32,000 bases of DNA. It comes from Enterobacteriaceae endosymbiont of Donacia provostii. GTDB lineage: Bacteria > Pseudomonadota > Gammaproteobacteria > Enterobacterales > Enterobacteriaceae. The stretch is from assembly GCF_012570145.1 (NCBI RefSeq), contig NZ_CP046206.1, forward strand, positions 393,803 to 425,802, in the 5' to 3' direction. Position numbers and translations under genes: made by a program. Shown here in pieces: positions 16,164-25,598 of this stretch. Within the stretch, counting starts at the first letter, position 1; the number at the start of each line of letters is the position of its first letter. Under the pieces are notes generated by a model. It had not been told where the DNA came from. It ran no database searches and saw nothing but the letters and a program-made list of their open reading frames with translations.

Positions 16164-17999
16164 TTAATTATAATTATTAATTTTATTTTTAAGATTAGAA
16201 AATCTTTGTATCTTAGATTTTATTGATTGATAAAAAATATTTTTATTACTATAAATAGTAATTTTTTTTTGTGTTCTAGTAATAGCAGTATAAATTAATT
16301 CTCTAGTTAATATAGAATAAAATTTATCAGGTAATACTAATGCAACATTTTTAAATTCTGATCCTTGTGATTTATGTACTGTTATTGCATATGCTATTTC
16401 ATATGATGGTAAATTATCAATTAATACAATGTTTTGTTTATTATTAAATGAAAAAAATTTAATTTTAAATTTTTTATCTTTAATATCAAAAAAAGTAATA
16501 CCAATATCTCCATTAAATACATTTAGAAGGTGATCATTTTTTGTAATGATAATTGGTTTACCTATATACCAACTATTATTTTTTAAATTCATTTTAATTA
16601 TTTTATTATTTAATAATTCTTGTTCAATAATAAAATTAATATTTTTTGTACCAAATAATCCATATTTTATTGCACATATTACTTGATAATTACTAAATTT
16701 ATATAAAATATTTTCATCATGTATATTATTATTCTTTAAATAAAAAAAATATTTTGTATATCCTTTTATAAAGGAAGATATCATTTTTTTATAATGATTT
16801 ATATTTAATATATTAAAATATTCTATATCATTATATTTTTTTGATAAAAAAATTTTTTCAATATTTCTTATATTACCATTTTTAATATTTATAGCTAATT
16901 GATGAATACCAGAATTTAAATCATATCTAAAATTATGTTTTAAAACAGTTATAAAATTACGAAAAAAAAAATTTTTAATATTTTTATTTTTATATGAATA
17001 TTTAACTATAGAATTTAACCATAATAAATATTTTCTTGTAAAAGAAAATTTCTTAAAATAACATAAATCTTTAAATAAATTTCCATATTCTATAGAAGGT
17101 AATTGATATTCATCTCCTAATAGAATTAATTGAGTTTTTTGTGGTAAAATATTTAAAATAATGGACATTAAATTAAAATCAATCATTGATGATTCATCTA
17201 TAATTAAAAGATCAATATTCAATTTTTTAAATTTAATATTTCTAGAATAGAGATTTATTTTTAATAAATTATGTATAGTTGTTGCTTTTGTAGGAATACT
17301 TTTTTTTTGTATTTTATTAAAAACTTCATTAGAAATATTTTTAAAATAAATATTAATAGATTGTGTTAATCTAATTGCAGCTTTACCAGTAGTAGCTACA
17401 ACATTTATTTTTAAATGTTTATCAAAAAATTTTATGAAAGCAAAAATTAATTTTGATATCATACTTGTTTTTCCTGTTCCAGGAGATCCAGTAATGATAC
17501 TAATTCTATGTGTTAGTGCAGAACAAATAGCACCTTTTTGTATGAAATCTTGTTTTTTATATAAAAATTTTAAAATTTTTATAATTTTTTCTGGTTTTTG
17601 ACAATAAAAATTATTATAAAAAAAATTTTTAAATATTATATTTTCTTCTTCCCATATTTTATGTAAATATAAACAATTATTTATTAAAATAATTGGAGTA
17701 TTTTTTTGACCATCACTTACAAGATCTTTATAAGAGAATAAAATTTCTTTCCAGTTATTAATTTTATTAATTTTCTTTATATTTTCTATAAATTTTTTAT
17801 TTTTTTTATTTATAATGTTTATATCTAAATGTAATTTAGATAATGGTAAACAAATATTACCTTCACTAATATATTTACTTAATAAAGAAATAGCAAAAGT
17901 TAATAATTCTTTTTTTTTATTTGTTAAAATTAATGCTAAATATAAATCAATAAAACGAATAATTTTTATTTTACATAATTTTTTTAAAAATCTATACAT
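16164..17999 (-). CDS. recD: Exodeoxyribonuclease V alpha subunit RecD
   Basis: 611 aa (E. coli 608). SF1 helicase motifs ITGSPGTGKTS (Walker A), TTGKAA, LLIIDESSMID (motif II), LILLGDEYQLPSIEYGN, AITVHKSQGSEF and YTAITRT. It lies directly downstream of recB, as in E. coli. Confidence 0.93.
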   Translation of the reverse strand: MYRFLKKLCKIKIIRFIDLYLALILTNKKKELLTFAISLLSKYISEGNICLPLSKLHLDINIINKKNKKFIENIKKINKINNWKEILFSYKDLVSDGQKNTPIILINNCLYLHKIWEEENIIFKNFFYNNFYCQKPEKIIKILKFLYKKQDFIQKGAICSALTHRISIITGSPGTGKTSMISKLIFAFIKFFDKHLKINVVATTGKAAIRLTQSINIYFKNISNEVFNKIQKKSIPTKATTIHNLLKINLYSRNIKFKKLNIDLLIIDESSMIDFNLMSIILNILPQKTQLILLGDEYQLPSIEYGNLFKDLCYFKKFSFTRKYLLWLNSIVKYSYKNKNIKNFFFRNFITVLKHNFRYDLNSGIHQLAINIKNGNIRNIEKIFLSKKYNDIEYFNILNINHYKKMISSFIKGYTKYFFYLKNNNIHDENILYKFSNYQVICAIKYGLFGTKNINFIIEQELLNNKIIKMNLKNNSWYIGKPIIITKNDHLLNVFNGDIGITFFDIKDKKFKIKFFSFNNKQNIVLIDNLPSYEIAYAITVHKSQGSEFKNVALVLPDKFYSILTRELIYTAITRTQKKITIYSNKNIFYQSIKSKIQRFSNLKNKINNYN

Positions 18000-18032
18000 A
18001 TTATTTTATTTAATAATTTATAAAATTTAATG

Positions 18033-21000
18033 TTATAAAAATAAATTATTTAATTTATTAATTAATTGACTTGTTGGTTTTATTTCCCATATACCATTAT
18101 TATTTTTTAAATTAATACCTCTAATATAGAGGTAAATAATACCTCCAAAATGTTTATCATAATCATAATTTTTTATACGGTATTTTAAATATTTATGTAA
18201 AGCTAATGTATAAAATTGATATTGTATATTATAATAATTTAAATAAATATCTTTTTCTATATTTTTTATTTTATAATCTTTACATGTTTTACCTAACCAA
18301 CTAGATTTATAGTCTAAAATATAGAATTTTTTTTTCCATATAAATATTAAATCTATTATTCCTGATAAAAAACCATTAAAATTTAATGTATTTAATTTTT
18401 TAGAAAAAAAATCATATTTATTTATAATATTATTATATTTTATAGAAGAAAAATTTTTTTTTATAGATAAATAAAACTTAAATTCTGTTTTTTTTTTATT
18501 ATTATTTATTTGGTTTAAAATAATTTTATTTTTTCCTAATGGAATATTTAAAATATTATTTAACCAATTAGTTATCATAATATGCCAAGTAGAACTAATA
18601 TGTTTTGTTTTTAATAATTCTTTTTTAATAAAATTTCTAGAAATTTTTTTTGTAAAATCTAATTTTTCTAAAATTTTATGAATAATTACTCCTGTATTTT
18701 TACCTATAGGAAGTGTATGTTGTGTTTTTTTTTTATTATTTTTAATAAATTGTAAAAATTGATATTGATAATTAATATTAAAATTAAAATTTTGTTGTTT
18801 TTTAATTTTAGAAAAATTAGATACTATTTTATTTATAAATAAAAATTTTTTTGTTGATATTGTTGTAAATAATTTATTATTATTTTTTTTAGTAAAAATA
18901 TTAATATTTAATTTTATTTTTCTTTTTTCAGTAAAATTTTTAATAGAAATATCTTTATTTTTTAAATTATATAAAATTTTTTTAAAATGAAAATCTGAAA
19001 TATAATTTTTTTTTTTAAGTAAAAAAAATAATGCATTTGAATAAGACAAGTATAAATTTGATTTTTGAAAATTATAAAATTTCAAATTAGCAATTCCAAT
19101 ACTACAATGAAAAATTGATCTAGTTAATGATACATATAATAATCTTAAATTTTCAGAAAGTGTTTCTTCTAAAAAAAATTTTTTACTTTCTTTATCTTTT
19201 TTAAAATCTAAAGTTACTTTAAAATTTTTTCTATTATGATAGATAATACCTTCTTTATTGATAAATTCAATAATATTTGAAGAAATAAAAGGTAACCAAA
19301 CAATAGGAAATTGTAATCCTTTAGATCTGTGTATAGTAATAATTTTAATTTTATTAACTTTATGATTTAATTTTGTTTGTTTATTTAAAAAATTTTGATT
19401 TGTATATTTAATTTGTTGTAATAACCATTCTATAGTTTTATTAATATCTTTGTTATTGGGACATGATATTTGTATCATTTCACCTATGTATAAAATATTC
19501 TTAATTTTGTCTTTTATAAAATTTTCTAAAATATTTATTTTAGAAATAATTTTATCTTTTATAAAAATTTCTTCTAACATATATAATATTCCATATTTTT
19601 TCCAGATAGATTTATATCTATTAAATTGATTAATTATTTTTTCTATGTAATGACTTTGATTATTTTTTTGAAAAAAATATAAAGGAATATTAAATAATTT
19701 ACTTGATAAAATATTTTTAATTTCTTGTTTATTATCTGGGTTAATAATAGTTTTTAATAAAAAGACTAATTCCTTAGCTTCTGGTTTTTCAAAAATATAA
19801 TTAGAATTAGATAAGTAAATACAAGGTAAATTAAATTTTATAAATTCTTTTTCTAAAATTAGAGCTTCAAATCTATTACGAACGATAATAGTTATATCTG
19901 TAATATCAATATTTTTTTTCTTATTATTTATTTGAAAAAAAGCTTTTCCTTTTTTACCTAAAATTATTAATTGACATATTTGATATCCACAAATATATGC
20001 TATTTTTTTTTTATATTTATTTATATCTTGCATATTATCAATAAACCAAAAAGTTATTCCAGATTTTATTTTATTATTAATAATAAAATGATTATTTAAT
20101 TTTTTTTTTGTATATTTAATAGGATTAAAAATTATATTTTTAAATAAAAAAGGATAAGTTCTATTAGAAAATAATTTATTAACACTATTAACCATTGTAC
20201 TTGAAGAACGCCAATTATATGTTAACGTATAACGTTTTTTTATTTCTAAAGAAGCCCTTAAATAAGTAAAAATGTCTGCTCCTCTAAAAGAATAAATTGC
20301 TTGTTTAGGATCTCCAATTAATATCATTAAATAATTTTTTTGATTTAAATAAATTTTTTTAAAAATATTATATTGTTGTATATCTGTATCTTGAAATTCA
20401 TCAATTAATATTACGGGAAATAATTTTCTTATATCTTTTGCTATTTTGATTCCAGGTTCGGTATATAAACTTTTATTTAAAATTTTTAATAAATCATCAA
20501 AACTTATTTCTTTATTATTAATTTTCTTTTTATAAATATATTTATTAATATAACGAATTGCTTTAACAATTATTAATTCTTTTAAATTAATAATTTTTTT
20601 TATAAAAATATCAATATATTTAAATAATATATAAATAGGTGGATTAATTTTATTAATAGTATTATTAATTAATATTTCTTGAGAAAATCTATATAATTCT
20701 GCTGGAAAAAAATAATTCTGAGTTTTTTTTATACTCCATTCATTAATAATATTTATCCAATATAGAAGAAATTTTTTATTATAAATGTGTTTATTAACAT
20801 TAGATTTATTAATGATATTAATTATATTATGTCTATATTTTATCCAATATTTTTTTATATTTATAATATATGTTTTATTTTTATTAAATTGTAAATAAAT
20901 ATTTTTATATTTAAAAGGATATTTTATAATTGGTAATTTATGTTGTGATAAAAATGGTAATAATGATTTTAATAAATCATCTGGAGTTTTCCAAAATAAC

Positions 21001-21563
21001 AAAATAACTTTAACAATTTCTTTAGATAAATTATATAAATATTTTTTCCAAAAAATTATAACAGCTTTTTTTTGTAAAAAAATTTCATTATTAATAATTT
21101 TTTTATTTAAAAAATAATCATAAATTTCATAATTTTTTAAGTTTAAAATTTTTTGACAAAAAGAATGTATTGTATAAATAGATGCATTACGTATATTTTT
21201 TTCAGCTTTTAATAATAAATCATAAGCAATTTCATAATCTTTTATATCTTTAATAATATTATCAATAATATCATATTTACTTTTTTTTTGTATACAACCA
21301 ATTTTTAATAAAGAAATACTATGTTTAATCTTATTATATAAATCCTGTGTTGCAAGATCAGTAAAAGTTACTACTAAAATTTGTTCTACATTTAAAGGTT
21401 TTATATTAAAATTTTTTTGATGTAATCCTAAAATCATTCTTAAATATATAATTATAATAGTAAATGTTTTACCGGTTCCTGCTGATGCTTCAATTAAATA
21501 TTGACCTTGAAAGTTTTCTTTAAAAGGATTTAATTCTTTAAATTTCACTAATTTTTTTATCAT
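18033..21563 (-). CDS. recB: Exodeoxyribonuclease V beta subunit RecB
   Basis: 1176 aa (E. coli 1180). N-terminal LIEASAGTGKTFTI (Walker A), VVTFTDLAT, IYTIHSFCQ, ILIDEFQDTD, LIGDPKQAIYSFRGADI and TIHRSKGLQFPIV. C-terminal nuclease block GIIDLIFIWKKKFYILDYKSSWLG...QYQFYTLALHKYLKYRIKNYDYDKHFGGIIYLYIRG parallels E. coli GFIDLVFRHEGRYYLLDYKSNWLG...QYQLYTLALHRYLRHRI. Confidence 0.95.
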   Translation of the reverse strand: MIKKLVKFKELNPFKENFQGQYLIEASAGTGKTFTIIIIYLRMILGLHQKNFNIKPLNVEQILVVTFTDLATQDLYNKIKHSISLLKIGCIQKKSKYDIIDNIIKDIKDYEIAYDLLLKAEKNIRNASIYTIHSFCQKILNLKNYEIYDYFLNKKIINNEIFLQKKAVIIFWKKYLYNLSKEIVKVILLFWKTPDDLLKSLLPFLSQHKLPIIKYPFKYKNIYLQFNKNKTYIINIKKYWIKYRHNIINIINKSNVNKHIYNKKFLLYWINIINEWSIKKTQNYFFPAELYRFSQEILINNTINKINPPIYILFKYIDIFIKKIINLKELIIVKAIRYINKYIYKKKINNKEISFDDLLKILNKSLYTEPGIKIAKDIRKLFPVILIDEFQDTDIQQYNIFKKIYLNQKNYLMILIGDPKQAIYSFRGADIFTYLRASLEIKKRYTLTYNWRSSSTMVNSVNKLFSNRTYPFLFKNIIFNPIKYTKKKLNNHFIINNKIKSGITFWFIDNMQDINKYKKKIAYICGYQICQLIILGKKGKAFFQINNKKKNIDITDITIIVRNRFEALILEKEFIKFNLPCIYLSNSNYIFEKPEAKELVFLLKTIINPDNKQEIKNILSSKLFNIPLYFFQKNNQSHYIEKIINQFNRYKSIWKKYGILYMLEEIFIKDKIISKINILENFIKDKIKNILYIGEMIQISCPNNKDINKTIEWLLQQIKYTNQNFLNKQTKLNHKVNKIKIITIHRSKGLQFPIVWLPFISSNIIEFINKEGIIYHNRKNFKVTLDFKKDKESKKFFLEETLSENLRLLYVSLTRSIFHCSIGIANLKFYNFQKSNLYLSYSNALFFLLKKKNYISDFHFKKILYNLKNKDISIKNFTEKRKIKLNINIFTKKNNNKLFTTISTKKFLFINKIVSNFSKIKKQQNFNFNINYQYQFLQFIKNNKKKTQHTLPIGKNTGVIIHKILEKLDFTKKISRNFIKKELLKTKHISSTWHIMITNWLNNILNIPLGKNKIILNQINNNKKKTEFKFYLSIKKNFSSIKYNNIINKYDFFSKKLNTLNFNGFLSGIIDLIFIWKKKFYILDYKSSWLGKTCKDYKIKNIEKDIYLNYYNIQYQFYTLALHKYLKYRIKNYDYDKHFGGIIYLYIRGINLKNNNGIWEIKPTSQLINKLNNLFL

Positions 21564-21572
21564 TTGATTAAA

Positions 21573-24500
21573 TTAATTACTATAATAGAGTAAATCGATC
21601 ATCCATATTTTTATTAATTTTTTTGTATCTAACCAAATTTTGTCATTTAAATAAAAATTTAATTTTTGAAAATATGGATCATCACATTCGTTAATAATAT
21701 TATTATTTTTCCAATAATAAAAGAATTTTTTTTTTGATTTTTTTTGAATATCTAAATTAAAATTAATACATTGATTATTTTTATCATAACAATTTTTAAT
21801 CCATGTCCAAGAACTTTTCATTGGTAATAAAATAGGACAATTCATTCCTTTTATATAACCATTAATATATTTTGTTAATAAAAAATAAGCTTTTTTTTTT
21901 TCTAAAAACTGAAAACTAAATTTTGTGTTTTTTATACCATAAATATAAAGAGAAAATTTTTTATCATTATTTATACATAAAATTAAATGATTTATCCATA
22001 AATTCATGATAGATTTAATATCTATTACTTTAGGTTCTAAAATAATATAATTATTTTTATAAATAAAATAGTGAATATTACCAAATAATTGAATATTTGA
22101 AATATTTAAATTAATTTTATTAATTTTTTTTATATATTGATGTTTTTTCAATTGACTATTAATTAATTGAATAATTTGATTAGTTTTTTCCTCCCACCAT
22201 ATTTTTCCATAATATCCATAAGGTAAAATTCCATTATTTAAATAATAAATATATAAATCATTAATATTTTTATTAACTATAAAAGTTTTTAATATTTTTT
22301 TTGTAATTAAAAATTCTTGTAATGGATTAATGGTAAATGATTCTGTATTATATAAATTTATATTATTTATATTTTTCAAATAAATTGAAAATCTTTGATT
22401 AAAAAAACCTTTAACTGGATGTTTCCAAAAACTAATTAAATTTTTAATTGATAATTTATTTATATTTATTAATTCTAATTTATTAAAATTCTTTAAACAT
22501 GATATATTCTGTTTTTTTTTAAAAAAATTACTATAATAATTTCTATAAAAATATTTAATATAATTATTTTTTAAATTATAATTTTTTAACATATATAAAA
22601 ATAATTCTTGAATTAATATAGATAAATTATTTATATTATTATTTAAATTATTATCTGTACAACTAATAAATAATTTTTTTTCAGTAGAAATTATTAATTT
22701 TAATAGTATGTTTTTTTCTTTATCTAAAAATTTTTTTTCATTTTCATATAAAGAAATATTAGTTAAATCAAAAATTATAGAATTTTTTTTTTTTGGTAAA
22801 AATTCGTTATTCATACCTATCATAAAAACTTGTTTAAAACCTATATTTTGAAATTTATGAAAAGGACAAAAATTTATTTTGTTTATACAAAAAAAAAAAT
22901 CTTTATATTTCTCTTTTATAAAGAAATTAACTTTTTCTATTATTATATTAATAGAAATTTTTTTTTCATATTTAAATTCTATACCTTTATCAAGAAATAA
23001 TAAAATTTTTTTTAAAATAAAATATATACTATTAGATAGTAAATTAGACTGGGGAAAAAAATCAAAAAAAAATTTATTTAATTTTTTTTTCCATTGTATT
23101 ATAGTAAATTTTTGATTAAATATTTTTTTCCATTTTTCTAATTTTAGTAAAAAATAAATAAATTTTCCTAATAATCCTTTAGATAAATTTATTGATGTAT
23201 TATAAGGAAAAATATTTTTCCATTGACCAAAATTTTTATTTAAAACAAATCCTAATAATATACGATATAAACCTAATTTCCAACTATATTGATCTTGTGG
23301 TAATTTAATTTGAGAAAAATTTTGAATATTAATATTATACTTAATACCTATATCTTTTATCCAAAAACGTAAATATTTTATATCTTCTTTGTTTAAAGAA
23401 AATTTTTGAGATATAAATTCATCATCTAATAAAAAAAAAATTTCATTAGGAGTTAAATCTTTATAAGGTAAATTTAATAAAAAGAAAAATTTATTTATAT
23501 GATCTAAATTTTTTATTTTATTTAAGTTAGAACATATATTTATCGGGAGACTAATATTAGTAAATACAGAATAAATAAATGGAACATAAATTTCTAATTT
23601 AGGAGAAATAACAATTATATCATGTAAAAAATAATTTTGATTTTTTTTTAAAGTATATAATATATTATTATATAATAATATAATTTCTGTATAATAATCT
23701 TCACAAATATTTATTTGTATTGATTTATCTATATAATTAATATTTTTTTTTCTAAAATCTATATTACTTTCTTTTACATATAAAATATCATTTTTAATAT
23801 AATTTAATAAATTTTTATTTTTATATTCTATATAAGTTTGAATATATCTAGAAGATAAATTTACTAATTTATTAATATTATTTAAAGTATAGTTCCCCCA
23901 TGAAAATAATAATTTATTGAAATTTATATTTTTATCATTCTGATTATAAATAAAATTATTCCAATAATATTTAGAAGGATTTAATAATAAAATATGTATT
24001 TCTATATATTTAGATATTATTTTTAATAATTTTAAATATATTAAAGGAATGTATTCTATGTTTAGGATAAATATCCTTTGAGGAAGATTGTAATATTTAA
24101 ATTTCTTATATTTTTTGTATTTTTGATAAAAATTATATAATTTACCATAATTCCATAATTTTTTATTTAAATTATTTTTATAATAAACTAATAATGTTTT
24201 CCATAATTTTGATTCCCAAATTTGATGTTTATTTTTTAATAAAGGATCAATTTTATTTTTTTCCCAAAGTAATAATAATTCTGGTCTATGTTTTTGATAT
24301 TTATAATATAAATTAGATATTTTTTTTGATAATATAAATAAATATTTTATATCCTTAATTTTAAATTTAAATTTTTTTCTAAAATCATTAAATTCTGATG
24401 TATAAATTAATTTTGGAATTAATAAACAAATTAACCAAATAATATTATTTTTATATAAAAAATCATCTTGATTTATATCAGGAATTATTAATTTAAAAAT

Positions 24501-24716
24501 TTTCCAAATAAATTGATCAAAATGAGTAAAATTTATATTACCATATATTCCTAATATATTTGAAAATTTAACCTTTATTAATTCATAAAAAAATTGAGAA
24601 TTTTCATATAATATAATTTCCGGTTCTAGTACCCCTTTTAAGGGATATTTACTAATTTGAATTTTTATTAAATTTAATAAAATATCAATATTATTAGAAT
24701 AATAAATTGTAAACAT
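21573..24716 (-). CDS. recC: Exodeoxyribonuclease V gamma subunit RecC
   Basis: 1047 aa (E. coli 1122). The N-terminus MFTIYYSNNIDILLNLI...LEPEIILYEN...NINFTHFDQFIWKIF parallels E. coli MLRVYHSNRLDVLEAL...FEPEMILVQS...NIDFPLPASFIWDMF. It is immediately upstream of recB (9-nt gap). ptrA, which separates recC and recB in E. coli, is absent. Confidence 0.9.
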   Translation of the reverse strand: MFTIYYSNNIDILLNLIKIQISKYPLKGVLEPEIILYENSQFFYELIKVKFSNILGIYGNINFTHFDQFIWKIFKLIIPDINQDDFLYKNNIIWLICLLIPKLIYTSEFNDFRKKFKFKIKDIKYLFILSKKISNLYYKYQKHRPELLLLWEKNKIDPLLKNKHQIWESKLWKTLLVYYKNNLNKKLWNYGKLYNFYQKYKKYKKFKYYNLPQRIFILNIEYIPLIYLKLLKIISKYIEIHILLLNPSKYYWNNFIYNQNDKNINFNKLLFSWGNYTLNNINKLVNLSSRYIQTYIEYKNKNLLNYIKNDILYVKESNIDFRKKNINYIDKSIQINICEDYYTEIILLYNNILYTLKKNQNYFLHDIIVISPKLEIYVPFIYSVFTNISLPINICSNLNKIKNLDHINKFFFLLNLPYKDLTPNEIFFLLDDEFISQKFSLNKEDIKYLRFWIKDIGIKYNINIQNFSQIKLPQDQYSWKLGLYRILLGFVLNKNFGQWKNIFPYNTSINLSKGLLGKFIYFLLKLEKWKKIFNQKFTIIQWKKKLNKFFFDFFPQSNLLSNSIYFILKKILLFLDKGIEFKYEKKISINIIIEKVNFFIKEKYKDFFFCINKINFCPFHKFQNIGFKQVFMIGMNNEFLPKKKNSIIFDLTNISLYENEKKFLDKEKNILLKLIISTEKKLFISCTDNNLNNNINNLSILIQELFLYMLKNYNLKNNYIKYFYRNYYSNFFKKKQNISCLKNFNKLELININKLSIKNLISFWKHPVKGFFNQRFSIYLKNINNINLYNTESFTINPLQEFLITKKILKTFIVNKNINDLYIYYLNNGILPYGYYGKIWWEEKTNQIIQLINSQLKKHQYIKKINKINLNISNIQLFGNIHYFIYKNNYIILEPKVIDIKSIMNLWINHLILCINNDKKFSLYIYGIKNTKFSFQFLEKKKAYFLLTKYINGYIKGMNCPILLPMKSSWTWIKNCYDKNNQCINFNLDIQKKSKKKFFYYWKNNNIINECDDPYFQKLNFYLNDKIWLDTKKLIKIWMIDLLYYSN

Positions 24717-24921
24717 ATTTATGTTATTAAAAAAATATATTTGATCATAATTTAGTATTAATAATTAATCATTTTAATATATAATAAAATTATAACAATA
24801 ATTTTTTTATTTATTATCAAAAATATTTTTTTAATAAAAAAATTTATAATTATTAAAAATAAAGTTATCAAATTTTATTTAAGAATATTTTTTTTAAAAT
24901 AAATAATAATATTAATTTTAT

Positions 24922-25596
24922 ATGAAAAATATTTTTTCTACGATTGTTTCAAATGATAATCTTTTATTATTAAGAGCACAATCAATATCTGGTTACCAAA
25001 TAATTAATATTATAAAATGGTTAAATTATCCAATAAATAATAATTCTATAAAAGATAAAGGAATAATAGGAAAAATAATTGAATATTATTTAATAGGTAA
25101 AAAACCAGAAAATAAATTAAATCAAGATATTCCATATTTAGGAATAGAAATTAAAACATTAACTATGAATTTAAAAAATAAAATTTTAAATGATTGTTTT
25201 ATATGTTCTTTTCCTTTATTAATAAAAAAAAAATTATTTTTTTATAAAAAAAAATTAAATAATAAAATATCTAAAATTTTATGGATACCTATTATAGTTC
25301 CAAATATAAAAACTCCTTTATTACAAAGATATATAGGAAATCCAGTTTTTTGGATACCTTCTACAAAAGATAAAATAAAAATAAATAATGATTTGAATAA
25401 TTTAATACAATTATTAATTTTAGGAAGAATTGAAAAACTCAATTATTATAGTGGTCATGTTTTATTGATTAAAGATAAGAGTAAAAAAAAACAGTCAACC
25501 AAAACAATAAATAAAAATGGTAAATTTTTATATGTTTCTCCTAAAGCTTTTTATATTAAAAAAAAATTTTTAAATAAATTATTTAATTCTAACTAA
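24922..25596 (+). CDS. mutH: DNA mismatch repair endonuclease MutH
   Basis: 224 aa (E. coli 229). AQSISGYQI, KDKGIIGKIIEYYL, NQDIPYLGIEIKT, KILWIPI, QRYIGNPVFWIPS and AFYIKKKF align with E. coli AQQLSGYTL, RDKGWIGVLLEIWL, EQDFAALGVELKT, RVLWIPV, QRRVGSPLLWSP and GFYLKKNF. The catalytic D69/E76/K78 correspond to E. coli D70/E77/K79. Confidence 0.9.
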   Translation: MKNIFSTIVSNDNLLLLRAQSISGYQIINIIKWLNYPINNNSIKDKGIIGKIIEYYLIGKKPENKLNQDIPYLGIEIKTLTMNLKNKILNDCFICSFPLLIKKKLFFYKKKLNNKISKILWIPIIVPNIKTPLLQRYIGNPVFWIPSTKDKIKINNDLNNLIQLLILGRIEKLNYYSGHVLLIKDKSKKKQSTKTINKNGKFLYVSPKAFYIKKKFLNKLFNSN

Positions 25597-25598
25597 TA

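Noticed and set aside
17815-18030. 71-aa plus-strand ORF overlapping the recD 5' end and the recB-recD gap
   Set aside because: It is antisense to recD, has an Ile/Lys/Asn/Phe low-complexity translation, and shows no motif or SD. I treat it as a spurious shadow ORF.
22879-23115. 78-aa plus-strand ORF inside recC
   Set aside because: It is antisense to recC with a low-complexity translation. I treat it as a spurious shadow ORF.
25242-25442. 66-aa minus-strand ORF inside mutH
   Set aside because: It is antisense to the conserved mutH frame, with no independent support.
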